Part shown: positions 36,010-47,391 of the stretch, in pieces
Position numbering within the stretch: the stretch's first letter is position 1
How the letters are laid out: each line of letters opens with the position of its first letter
Assembly (NCBI RefSeq): GCF_001194135.2
Contig: NC_069001.1
Location: forward strand, 26,165,435-26,212,825
Source: Octopus bimaculoides
Taxonomy: Eukaryota
DNA length: 47,391 nt
Direction of reading: 5' to 3'
The notes under the pieces: generated by a model
Told to the model about the DNA's origin: nothing
The model's input: the letters and a program-made list of their open reading frames with translations, nothing else
Database searches by the model: none
Translations under genes and position numbers: made by a program

Positions 36010-36222
36010 AGGTGCAAGCGTGGCTGTCCTTGTTTGTCCCCTCTTTGTAAGGCCTAAATGGCCAATCGAAATTAAACAAAGTAGCTTGCTTACCAATTAC
36101 ATGGTTCCGAGTTAGTCCCACTGTGTGGCACATTGAGCAAGTGTCTTCTACTATAGCCTCAGACCGACTATAGCCTTGTGAGTGTATTTGGTAGACGGAA
36201 ACTAAAAGAAGCCTGTCATATA
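36010..36222 (+). mobile_element. SINE family C 5' half with a SINE A tail fragment in its head; runs into (TA)n and a gap
   Basis: GGTGCAAGCGTGGCTGT, then CCTTGTTTGTCCCCTC.. (A tail), then AGTAGCTTGCTTACC..GGTAGACGGAAACTAAAAGAAGCCTGTC. Confidence 0.8.
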
Positions 36223-36849
36223 TATATATATANNNNNNNNNNNNNNNNNNNNNNNNNNNNNNNNNNNNNNNNNNNNNNNNNNNNNNNNNNNNNNNNNNNN
36301 NNNNNNNNNNNNNNNNNNNNNNNNNNNNNNNNNNNNNNNNNNNNNNNNNNNNNNNNNNNNNNNNNNNNNNNNNNNNNNNNNNNNNNNNNNNNNNNNNNNN
36401 NNNNNNNNNNNNNNNNNNNNNNNNNNNNNNNNNNNNNNNNNNNNNNNNNNNNNNNNNNNNNNNNNNNNNNNNNNNNNNNNNNNNNNNNNNNNNNNNNNNN
36501 NNNNNNNNNNNNNNNNNNNNNNNNNNNNNNNNNNNNNNNNNNNNNNNNNNNNNNNNNNNNNNNNNNNNNNNNNNNNNNNNNNNNNNNNNNNNNNNNNNNN
36601 NNNNNNNNNNNNNNNNNNNNNNNNNNNNNNNNNNNNNNNNNNNNNNNNNNNNNNNNNNNNNNNNNNNNNNNNNNNNNNNNNNNNNNNNNNNNNNNNNNNN
36701 NNNNNNNNNNNNNNNNNNNNNNNNNNNNNNNNNNNNNNNNNNNNNNNNNNNNNNNNNNNNNNNNNNNNNNNNNNNNNNNNNNNNNNNNNNNNNNNNNNNN
36801 NNNNNNNNNNNNNNNNNNNNNNNNNNNNNNNNNNNNNNNNNNNNNNNNN

Positions 36850-36885
<36 letters not shown>

Positions 36886-37520
36886 CGCATAATTGTATAC
36901 ACGCACACAGATATATATAGTCATACGATATTCTGTTAAGAACGTAGTACAGTATAAAGCTCGTCCGCCTTCAGATTTCACCCTATGCTATACAGTAGCA
37001 GTATTATACGTACTTCCAGGATTCTAGGTTTGTGTTTGGACTTCTGTCATGTGTAAAGAGACAATTGAAAACAAGCCAACAGTTCATCAAACTCAGTGGC
37101 TGCTACTAACTCCAGGCCACCACAGACAAACGGGTTACTCTCGAAGCTGAGAAACTAATCGTACAGAGATAATATTTATATATCGCCTGAAGAAACACAA
37201 CGAAGTATCATAATTCAGGGAATCGGTTGCATAATCAAGTACCTGCACTCTTGGAGAATTACATTCCGCAGAAACAATTGTAGTGATTGAAAATGAATGT
37301 CCAATCGTACTCTTTGTTGACTCCAATGTTTTCAATTACACACACATACACATACACACCATTATTAGCATAGTTACGTAAGAGTGAAGCTACTTAAATT
37401 TCTCAATAAGGTGTAATTAGTCTGTGTGCCGAAAACACGTTTAGGTGGTTATAAATTTTGTCTCTAGTATTAATGCTGCCTCAGCAATAATGCTGTCGCT
37501 AATACATATATTCTTTGCAG

Positions 37521-37590
37521 AAGGTAAATGGTTAATTACGATACCAGTGCCTGTTCAGGCCCTGATTCTCCATATGTCACTAGCGAGGAG
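37521..37590 (+). other. Candidate 70-nt exon; possible ATG at 37528 giving MVNYDTSACSGPDSPYVTSEE (ending in phase 0)
   Basis: Acceptor ATATTCTTTGCAG and consensus donor GAG|GTGAGT. No homology was recognised. Confidence 0.3.
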
Positions 37591-38309
37591 GTGAGTTGCT
37601 GCTATTTCTATCTCTGTCGGTCGAGTGTCCATCGTCGATGAGATCAAGGAAAGTTGAAATAAAATGATCTTGAGGCTGGAGTTGGAGGGGAATTTATCTC
37701 CCACCGGTGATATGAATAAGCGTGCATTTTGAGATCCTCTCATGGTTTTCACCGCAATGTTTGTTGGAACAGAACATCCATGTTAAGTGGGAATAAATAT
37801 CACCTCTCGTTATTAATACTGCCACTAATATATATTAGAGAAAACAGTTTGACATTAATAATTTGAGCAGTACCGCAAAAAAACTTTTCTTTTACTTTTT
37901 TCTATTGTGTTTCTTTTTTGTTGTATATCGAGCAATGTTTCTTTTTATTTTAATAAAGTGTTTGAATATGGTTGAACACCATAGCCAGGATAAAGTATTA
38001 TATATCTTTCAACTCACGACTGCTTCTAAAAGACATTCATAACTTCCGGATATGTACGACACCAGCAAAAGCTTTTTATTTGGCACACATAATAGATGAT
38101 GTTTAGAAAGTCTGTTATAGTATTCAACATTCTGTCTTACTTTTCTCTCACATTTTATTGTCGGTGTTGTTAAACCTTAGGCAGCAATAACAGTGTAAAT
38201 ATACATGGTCAAAATTCATTTATGTGTGACTGTCCATCGTTAATTTATATTCAGAGTGTATCTGGAATTATATTGCCAACATGTTTTATGTAATTTTGTT
38301 TCATATTTT

Positions 38310-38369
<60 letters not shown>

Positions 38370-38428
38370 CGCATAAATGTATACACGCACACATATACAC
38401 ACAAATAGATATAGTTATTAGATATTCT

Positions 38429-38662
38429 TATTTCTTTATTGCCCACAAGGGACTAAACATGGAGGGGGACAAACAAGGACATACAAACTGATTAAGTCGA
38501 TTGTATCGACCCCTGTGAGTAACTAGTACTTATTTAATCGACCCCGAAAGGATTAAAGGCAAAGACGACCTCGGCGGAATTTGAACTAAGAACGTAACGG
38601 CAGACGAAATACCGCAAAGCATTTCGCCCGGCGTGCTAATGATTCTGCCAGCTCGCCGCCTT
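38429..38662 (-). mobile_element. SINE family A, full length, tail type 1, antisense orientation
   Basis: Reverse complement of the 10827 and 25679 copies. Confidence 0.93.
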
Positions 38663-39849
38663 AAATATATAGTGATACGATATTCTGTTAAGAACGTAGT
38701 ATAGAACAGTATAAAGCTCGTCCACCTTCAGATTTTATGCTGTGCTATCCAGAAATAGTATTCCTTTTGTTTCATATTTTAATGTGGAAATGTCTGATTT
38801 TATTATTTGCCTGATGTTTCTAACTGGTGAGATGTTTTGCATTTGCACCCCTCTCCTTCGTTTCTTTGTTTTTCTTTGAAATCCATGGATCCACGCGAAT
38901 CACGTCAAAGTACAATGATATAAGATTATTTTGTTTCTATTATAACCGTCTGCTTATTTTTACTTTTAGTGGCCAGAGATCTTTTATCGGAGACTACAAC
39001 CTGTAATATGTCCTTTGTTATAGATATCTAGTTGTGATTTGCGGGAAAATTTTACAAAATGTATGAACGATATTGGTAAAAATTCATCTGTGATTTCTGA
39101 GGTCCAGTGAGGCCCAAGTGAACTACTTCTGTCTTCTAAACAAACAGTAAGGCGAATTTGCATCCTCACTAAGTGCCTAATACTCTATTGCACCAATTAG
39201 TTTTTGATGAGGGGGAGGAGGAGGAAGAGGAATAATAGGAAGAGAGGGAGTATGGTGACGATCCTGATTGCGAAGACGAACGAAAATCTCAACTTTCATA
39301 AATAAGATCTAAGCATCAGTGTATCGATGATGTTTATTAGTATATGAAGAAATGGGGTGAGCTATATGTTAGATATGGCTGCTAGTTGTAGTGGTCTTCA
39401 GTGGGATTACACTAATCTCAATATATTCTGGGATAAATTTCTTTAAATGTCCATGCCAAAAACATGAGATACACAAATAGGTTTTAAAGGAAAACATGAC
39501 GATAAAACTTCAATACGATTCACTTTATTAGACTGAAAGCACACGATAGTGATGTTCCTTACCTTTCAAGAGAAACGAAACAAGAAATTCAATATTTTTT
39601 TCGATAAGTACAATGTTAAAGTTAGGTATAGGTGTTTAGAAATCATTGCATCTGAATTATGACTCAACCGGAACGAATTAATGTAAAAGGGAACAATAAC
39701 ATTACAAATACCTTCTCATGGAAATATTCATGTGAAGAGTAAAAACAACATCAGGACAATGTACAGAAAATTATGAGATAGAATTTACAGCGAACACATT
39801 CAATGATATACATGAAATTGGGTGAATCTTTTATTTATTTTCTTCCCCG

Positions 39850-40040
39850 ACACCGCCCGACAGCCGGTCTTGATTTGTTTATGCCCACATAACTTAGGTT
39901 TTCAGCAAAATACGCTGATAGAATAAGTACCAAGCTATAAAATGTTAACTTCTTGGATCGATTCGTCCGACTAAACCCCTTTAAAGCTGTGACCCAGGAT
40001 GACTGCAGTATAATAGCTGAAATAAGTAAAAGATAAAAGA
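39850..40040 (+). mobile_element. Degenerate SINE family C 3' half followed by (TG)n (40051-40132)
   Basis: CATAACTTAGGTTTTCAGCAAAA..GATAGAATAAGTACCA..GATCGATTCGTCCGACTAAA..GAAATAAGTAAAAGATAAAAGA. Confidence 0.7.
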
Positions 40041-40049
40041 GGAAATACA

Positions 40050-40135
<86 letters not shown>

Positions 40136-41422
40136 GGAACATATGGAACATATATGTAAGTTGAGGGAAGATTGGATCTTTATTCCATTCGTTTACAGCC
40201 GTTTCATAATCTTGTTATTGAAGCACTTAATATTAGATCTGTTTGAGACTTCGAATCCCTATTATTGCTCTGTGTGTGTGTGTACTGTAAAAGCGCTTTG
40301 ACTATGCCAAACGAACGGGGCGAATAATATGAATATATTTTCATGAAATAAGAGCGTGCCAAGCAAGTAATTTTAGGTACATCTATAAGTAAATTATTTT
40401 CTGTGTCCTTCGTCATACCAACTTCGCTGGACATGATGCGTGGGAGGTTTTGCAACTATTTGTTCCTGGTCAACGCCTTCTATCTTTAGAATTATTTTCA
40501 GGATGTAAGCAATTGATTTAGGAATGAGAAATTATATATAAGTGGGCGTGTGTGTTAGACATTCTGAGGGTATGTGTGTGAAGTTTTACGTGTGTTCATG
40601 TGTGTGTGTGCATCAGCGTAAATAAGAATACTTGTAGATGGGACGGTTGCTACATCATAGTGCTTCTGTACTTTTGTATAATGCGTGGAAAACCTGGTTT
40701 TATTCACACCGTACTTCAAGCTATCCAACGTGTCAGTTATATAATTACTGTATGTCTGTATGTGCGCAAGCGTGCGTGTATGCGTGTTTGTGTGTGTCTA
40801 TATGTGTGTATTTAGAAGGAAAAGTTAGACTGTGACTTCCAAATTCCCTCGTTGATCGCTTCGTCTCACTGAAGAAAATGGTAATAGGCAAAACTTCGAT
40901 TTTACTGCAAACCTTTTTCCTTGTACAGTAAATTTTATACTCTTCTAAAGTCTTTTGTTTTGTTGTTTCTGTTTCTTCCCATATAGTATTTCATTGCTTT
41001 TATGAATGATTATATACGAAGCACACATTAAAACAGACAGACACACACACACACACACAATTTACTATTACATAGGTATATATGTCATATGTTATATGTA
41101 CTAGAACGTGAGTGGGTAAGTGTGAACATATCTACGTAAGTGTCTATATATGTATGTATGTATGTAAATATGTATGTGTGAGCGTGTGTATGTATAATGA
41201 CTGTGTATAAATGTACGTGAGCATGTATGCTACCGTAAGTTTCAGTCATAAAATGTTCAGCAGACATTGAACCGGTTAATATGGTGGAAAGTGCTTTCAC
41301 AATGGATATTGGTTTCGTCTGGTTCTTGCCAGTTTTTGTTTTATTGTATTTTATTTTTCATATATATTTTTGTCGTATTGTTTCTTATTTGCGCATACAC
41401 CTAGACACATACACTTGTGTGA

Positions 41423-41461
<39 letters not shown>

Positions 41462-42004
41462 CTTTGACATTTGAAATAAACGATTGTCGCAGCTAACATT
41501 CCTATATATGTGGAATCTCTAATCTCTATATTCAATTTTAATTACATATACATACACACATGTGCACACGCGTCTGTACGTATGTGTGTGTATATGTGTG
41601 CGTATCCTTTTTTTCTTTTCCATTTAATGTAATGTTTAGATACTTTACCGAGAGCTTGTGAAAAAGTGAACTATTCAGATATTTAGATTTTCTGTATTGT
41701 CTCTAAGCAAATAGCGTTCTTTCGTTATGCTGACTTGGTATATAACTGATAATAGCTAAACCATTCGTATAGTAGACTCGCCTCTTTCATCTGTTTATTT
41801 AATTTATACGACGCATAGGGGCCATAGTTATACTCCGATATATTTACTCTTAATGCAAGGCACTTAACGTATATTTTATTTTAGTTGATTATGGTTTTGT
41901 TTAGGGTTGAATAACGATCGAACGAGACGATGATAAAATGCATCCCAGCCATAATTATCCCTCTTTTTTTTTATTAATTAAGTTTTCAGACATACTGTAT
42001 AGAA

Positions 42005-42125
42005 GACAAATTCGGCATTTTGCCAGAGTTGTCGTTGTTGACAAAATTACTTACTTTATTCCTACCGGTTCTGAATTTAAATTCCGACAATGTCAAATTA
42101 CCATGGGGTCGATTCCCAGTCTCTT
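42005..42125 (+). mobile_element. Highly degenerate SINE family A-like fragment
   Basis: GACAAATTCGGCATTTTG..GTTCTGAATTTAAATTCCG..CATGGGGTCGAT. Confidence 0.45.
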
Positions 42126-42729
42126 TCTCCATGTGAGAAATCACCTTTGTACCGACCTGTAGAGAGACAGATGTGCTGCTCCTGCGTTACAATCAAATGA
42201 TCACGTTGTATATAACTGGAAGGCACCTCTGCGACTCGATCGTGAGCACACACTCGGAGAACGGAAGTTTGGAGGCAACCATATAACCGACTCTTTTTCT
42301 TTGCCCCCAACATTCAAAATAAGTCAGCTAGATGAATAATTGCTTGCCTCACTCACTCACTCACTCACCATCTTATTCAGAAGCTGTGTCTCTTCTCTCT
42401 GTTCCCTCTCTTCAGTATGTTCTCTCTCACGTACCTTCAGTATAACACATTCTTTTGCCTACACATCTTACAACTATGGTTTGTTTCCCTCATGAATCGC
42501 ATAATGCCTGCTCTAGCAAAGGAGATTAAGTCTTTTTACTGTTGAGGAGTAGTTGCGATTGTTCACATCCTGTTTTTTCTAATTATTAAAACGGATTTCC
42601 GTCGATTTCAACGATGAGTATTCAGTTATTCTCTCTAGTAATTAATATGTCGCGTGCTCATTGCCTTTCTGTGTAATAGGCTGAGTGTTCCAGAGACACA
42701 TGTACTATTAACATAATATTCAAGTACGT

Positions 42730-43040
42730 AGAGGTGCAAAGCTCAATGTCTAGGATGTTCGACTCACAATCGTAATGTTGTGAGTTCGGTTACCTGCGCC
42801 GCGTTGTGTCTCAGAATAAACAGTTGATTTCACGTTCTTCCTTGCAACTCAGCTCGTAAATATTAGTTGTAGCTGTATATCAAAGACCCAGCCTCGTCAC
42901 ATTTTGTAGCAAGCTGAATCTCTCTAAGAACTACATTAAGTTCACACGTGTCTCTGGAGTACTTAGCCACTTGTTAATTTCCCGAGTATGCTGTTCCGTT
43001 GATCGAATCAACTGGAACACTCGTCGTCGTAACCGACGGA
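42730..43040 (+). mobile_element. Degenerate SINE family B-related copy
   Basis: Tail GCTGAATCTCTCTAAGAACTACATTAAG..CACGTGTCTCTGGAGTACTTAGCCACTTG..GCTGTTCCGTTGATCGAATCAACTGGAAC..CGTAACCGACGGAG matches family B. Confidence 0.8.
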
Positions 43041-43719
43041 GAGCAGCCCTTCAAATATAATCAGCGTATCACAATGAGTGACAATGTTACACAACTGAAT
43101 GACATGTAAAATCCACCGACGAGATTGCAGAAAGATCCTGCCTCTCTAATGACACCCATACGCCTCGAATTCAGGCCGCAGTAAATATTTATGCAGTGAA
43201 ATCAAACTCCAGAACCTGTAATTGTGAACTGAGGTGTATACATTAGTGAAAATTTGACTGTTGTTTTCTGGATTCCCGTCTGAAATGCTTGCGAGGAAGA
43301 CTTTTCTGACCACACTGAGAAGCTCCACCCATCGTATATACGTTTCCTCGTGATAAAGCACACGAAGAGAAGGGGTGAAGCAAATTTATAGCAAGTAGAT
43401 TATTCGAGAACGGGATCCCACGTAGAGGTTCTGTGTTTATAGTAACTTCAGGAAATTGCGTCAGTAGCAAGGTGGGAATAAACAATCTATGACCTAGCAG
43501 CCCGATAAGCGATCAAATCGCTTCGCTAAACAGTATCTTATCGATTGTCATTAATCTGTTTGCATAATTTTTCTTACACATTCCTATTGAAAAGTGTTTC
43601 CGCTGTGACATTATGCCTCATTAGTAAGTGATGTCCTGTCGACAGATTTGAGCAGCTGCTGATAATGAGAAGATACATGTAGAATGGAAGTATATGTCGG
43701 TATGTTTGGGCTTATACAT

Positions 43720-43721
43720 AC

Positions 43722-43755
<34 letters not shown>

Positions 43756-43783
43756 GTATATGTATATGTATATATGTATGTGT

Positions 43784-43818
<35 letters not shown>

Positions 43819-44045
43819 TATGTATATGTATGCATCTATGTGCATATCGTGTATATCGCCTAAATGTTCTCAAATCAATATACCTATCATTCACTCGTTC
43901 ATTTTATACAAATAAACGAACACACGTTTACACACTGTCACGGTCAGACACGTATACATACACGCACACATATACGAATCACTTATATACATACACACAC
44001 ATACGCGCACACACATGTGTATATATATATATACATGTGTATATA

Positions 44046-44120
<75 letters not shown>

Positions 44121-44130
44121 ATATATCTAC
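43720..44130. repeat. (TA)n/(TG)n/(CA)n microsatellite cluster
   Basis: Read directly from the sequence. Confidence 0.92.
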
Positions 44131-44669
44131 GAGCATGCCTTTATCTGTTCATACATCAAATTTACTTAAGGGATCGATGAATATATTGATGGATGGATAA
44201 ATACGTATAAAGTGATCGAAATGTGTTTGCTGATTGAAATAGATAAATTGATAGAAAGATAGGTTGATGATGGTCTAGATATTAAAGCCAAATATATGGC
44301 TTGATTAGCGCATGATAATGCAGAAGACATTTTAAATATGGCGAATATATGAAAGTTTTTAGATGGCTGAGTGAGTTGGCAATCAAGTCTTAACATTCTA
44401 ACTGGCTTACTGGCAGAATGAACAGATGTAGAGGTGAAGGGCAGTAATGATGAAATATAGTATATAAGCGATGGTTGCTTGATGTCTTACTATTGGTAGC
44501 AATAGCAGTGATTCTGGGCTTGTAGATTACTGTTTGATGGTGTTGAAGTCGGGTCAATGTTTGATTCAATAGGTTATGACTGCTTAATGTATCTGAATCC
44601 TTAATCGCTGAAGGAAGCACGTCAAGGTAGTTCATTTCACGAGCAACATCTCATATCTTACTGTTACCA

Positions 44670-44765
44670 TTCCTTTCTCTCTTTCTCTCTCTCTATCTCA
44701 ATCTCTCTCTCTATCTCAATCTCTCTCTCTCAATCTCTTTCCCTCTCATTCTCTCTCAATCGGTC
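44670..44765. repeat. (CT)n-based minisatellite (unit about CTCTCTCTCTATCTCAAT)
   Basis: Read directly from the sequence. Confidence 0.85.
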
Positions 44766-45379
44766 TCTGCATGTCTATGTACCTCTCTTTCATACATACT
44801 TACAGATACGTACATAATGAGATGAATACATATAGCTAGATAAATATACTAAATAGACATATATATATAAGATCGGAAGAGCNNNNNNNNNNNNNNNNNN
44901 NNNNNNNNNNNNNNNNNNNNNNNNNNNNNNNNNNNNNNNNNNNNNNNNNNNNNNNNNNNNNNNNNNNNNNNNNNNNNNNNNNNNNNNNNNNNNNNNNNNN
45001 NNNNNNNNNNNNNNNNNNNNNNNNNNNNNNNNNNNNNNNNNNNNNNNNNNNNNNNNNNNNNNNNNNNNNNNNNNNNNNNNNNNNNNNNNNNNNNNNNNNN
45101 NNNNNNNNNNNNNNNNNNNNNNNNNNNNNNNNNNNNNNNNNNNNNNNNNNNNNNNNNNNNNNNNNNNNNNNNNNNNNNNNNNNNNNNNNNNNNNNNNNNN
45201 NNNNNNNNNNNNNNNNNNNNNNNNNNNNNNNNNNNNNNNNNNNNNNNNNNNNNNNNNNNNNNNNNNNNNNNNNNNNNNNNNNNNNNNNNNNNNNNNNNNN
45301 NNNNNNNNNNNNNNNNNNNNNNNNNNNNNNNNNNNNNNNNNNNNNNNNNNNNNNNNNNNNNNNNNNNNNNNNNNNNNNN

Positions 45380-45415
<36 letters not shown>

Positions 45416-45429
45416 TATATATATGCATA

Positions 45430-45487
<58 letters not shown>

Positions 45488-46503
45488 CATTCACACACAG
45501 TCACACTCACTCACACGCACACATATACACGCACATATGTGTATGTATATATTTGTATGTATGTATTTCTCTTTCGAAATCGTCAGGTAAGCAATGCAGT
45601 AAAAATAGCGCAAATACAACCAAACACACGCAATGACACCTTTTCCTTTTCCCCTTTTAACACCACCGACTCCTCCCACCGAACCAATTAACCACACCAT
45701 CACCGCTACCATCGTCACTACTCCTACCCTCATTAACGCATTCCGCAGCAATAATCATCACTATCGTCAACATCATTCTCCTAACGAGGAACACTTACAA
45801 AAACAAAACATCAACAAAAAGTACCCCCCCCCAAAAAAAAACCCAACAAAAAACAAAATCAAATATACAGTTATGTTAACGCAACCAAGAAAGCAACAGC
45901 AAGGACAACAACAATGATTATCATTATCAACAACAATAATAAACATTATTATCGCCAAGAACAGCAGTAACAACAACAACAACATTTGCGATTTCCATTA
46001 TCAAATTAAACCCGATTATTCGACTACCAGGATGTTCCACTCTACCACACAAATGTTCGAACACACGCTTCTATTATNNNNNNNNNNNNNNNNNNNNNNN
46101 NNNNNNNNNNNNNNNNNNNNNNNNNNNNNNNNNNNNNNNNNNNNNNNNNNNNNNNNNNNNNNNNNNNNNNNNNNNNNNNNNNNNNNNNNNNNNNNNNNNN
46201 NNNNNNNNNNNNNNNNNNNNNNNNNNNNNNNNNNNNNNNNNNNNNNNNNNNNNNNNNNNNNNNNNNNNNNNNNNNNNNNNNNNNNNNNNNNNNNNNNNNN
46301 NNNNNNNNNNNNNNNNNNNNNNNNNNNNNNNNNNNNNNNNNNNNNNNNNNNNNNNNNNNNNNNNNNNNNNNNNNNNNNNNNNNNNNNNNNNNNNNNNNNN
46401 NNNNNNNNNNNNNNNNNNNNNNNNNNNNNNNNNNNNNNNNNNNNNNNNNNNNNNNNNNNNNNNNNNNNNNNNNNNNNNNNNNNNNNNNNNNNNNNNNNNN
46501 NNN

Positions 46504-47130
46504 ACCACCGCCACCACTACCACCGCCACCACTACCACCGCCACCACTACCACCGCCACCACTAACACCGCCACCACTGACACCGCCACCACCACCACGA
46601 CAACTACTACCACCAGCACCACCACAATCACCATCAGCAACTCCACCAGCAAAACAACTGCCTCTATCACAAACGCCACCACTGCCGAACAGTACCATAT
46701 CTACAACCACTACAACTACCACCACAACAACAAACACTACCACAACCACTAGAACCACCACAACTAACATCACCACAACCACCACAACCACTACCACTAC
46801 CACCACCACACACACCACAACCACTACCACTACCACCACCACACACACCACAACAACCTCTACCACAACCACTACTACCACTATCACCACTACCACAATC
46901 ACTACCATCACCATCACCACCACAACAACCACCACAACTACTATCACCTCCACAACCAGCACAACAACCACCACCACCACAACAACCACAACAACCACCA
47001 CCACCACAACAACCACGACCACAACCGCCACCACGACCACAACTGCTACTACCACAACCACCACCATCCACCATCATCGCCAACACCAACACCGACAAAC
47101 AGTACCGTCGCCATCAACACCATTATTATC
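46504..47130. repeat. Low-complexity (ACC/ACA/ACT)n tract, starting with 15-bp units ACCACCGCCACCACT
   Basis: Read directly from the sequence. The triplet register shifts near 46690, so there is no continuous Thr-rich ORF. Confidence 0.9.
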
Positions 47131-47391
47131 AATGCCGAAATGATTACGACTCCCATGACTACCTCCTACTTTCACTTTACCAATACCGCCGCCGCCAGCA
47201 TCACAGTCAGTGTGTCAAAACACCACAGGCAATACTACCACCACAACCACCGTTGTGACTATTTTATGCAACACTCGCATACTGCAAAATTAGGGAGCTT
47301 CGAAGTAATAACCCGAAGAACTAAAAATAGCAATATCCCCTGTGGTTTCGAAAAAAATAATTAAAACAATGCATCTCAATTATGGATAGGG

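Larger units (their letters stand above)
1513..46503. other. 14 assembly gaps (N runs): 1513-1863, 7271-7446, 8287-8423, 9052-9421, 16000-16491, 17102-17110, 21194-21223, 22002-22570, 26234-26243, 28124-28369, 31256-31356, 36233-36849, 44883-45379, 46078-46503
   Basis: N runs, most flanked by (TA)n or other simple repeats. ORFs spanning them are artefacts. Confidence 0.99.

Noticed and set aside
39555-39655. Minus-strand AAG|GTAAGG donor with an upstream TTCAG acceptor
   Set aside because: No frame stays open across the interval.
44390-44635. Minus ORF with VLPSAIKDSDTLSS, faintly like a CR1 ORF2 end
   Set aside because: Similarity is limited to a few residues, which is insufficient for a call.
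3-45510. Dozens of ORFs rich in YI/VC/TH/HT and X residues
   Set aside because: They are translations of TA/TG/CA microsatellites and N-gaps.
46042-47098. Long poly-Val, Gly-Cys and poly-His ORFs, or a mucin-like Thr-rich ORF
   Set aside because: This is an ACC/ACA low-complexity tract. The Thr register shifts near 46690 and stops, part of each long ORF is a gap, and there are no splice or signal features.
1-47391. CRISPR arrays, operons, rRNA or snRNA genes
   Set aside because: None was seen. The recurring sequences are dispersed eukaryotic SINEs, not repeat-spacer arrays.

Overview
AT-rich, microsatellite-dense animal genomic DNA from a draft assembly. It has 14 N-gaps, most of them beside TA/TG repeats. 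The repeat content, three abundant tRNA-headed SINE families here called A, B and C, looks like Octopus; this is recognition from memory, not a database search. I found no protein-coding gene that I can call confidently. Nearly all ORFs in the supplied track are artefacts of microsatellites, N-gaps or antisense reading of repeats. What can be supported is a record of dead transposons: about 25 SINE copies or fragments, four Tc1/mariner derivatives at different stages of deletion, a Penelope-like RT/GIY-YIG fragment, a Penelope-type terminal repeat with a hammerhead-like motif, two RTE-clade LINE remnants, a probable CR1/L2-like remnant, a 247-bp foldback element and a CCCT..AGGG MITE. Several insertions are nested. 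Two short exon-like segments (30783-30822 and 37521-37590) and a local duplication carrying a TATA-like motif may belong to an unrecognised host gene, but this is unproven. I did not find convincing evidence of a new biological system. The best leads are the variant hammerhead-like motif, the long inverted repeat, the duplicated TATA-like block with nearby exon candidates, and the repeated SINE-in-SINE targeting. Coordinates of degenerate repeats are approximate (about +/-20 bp).
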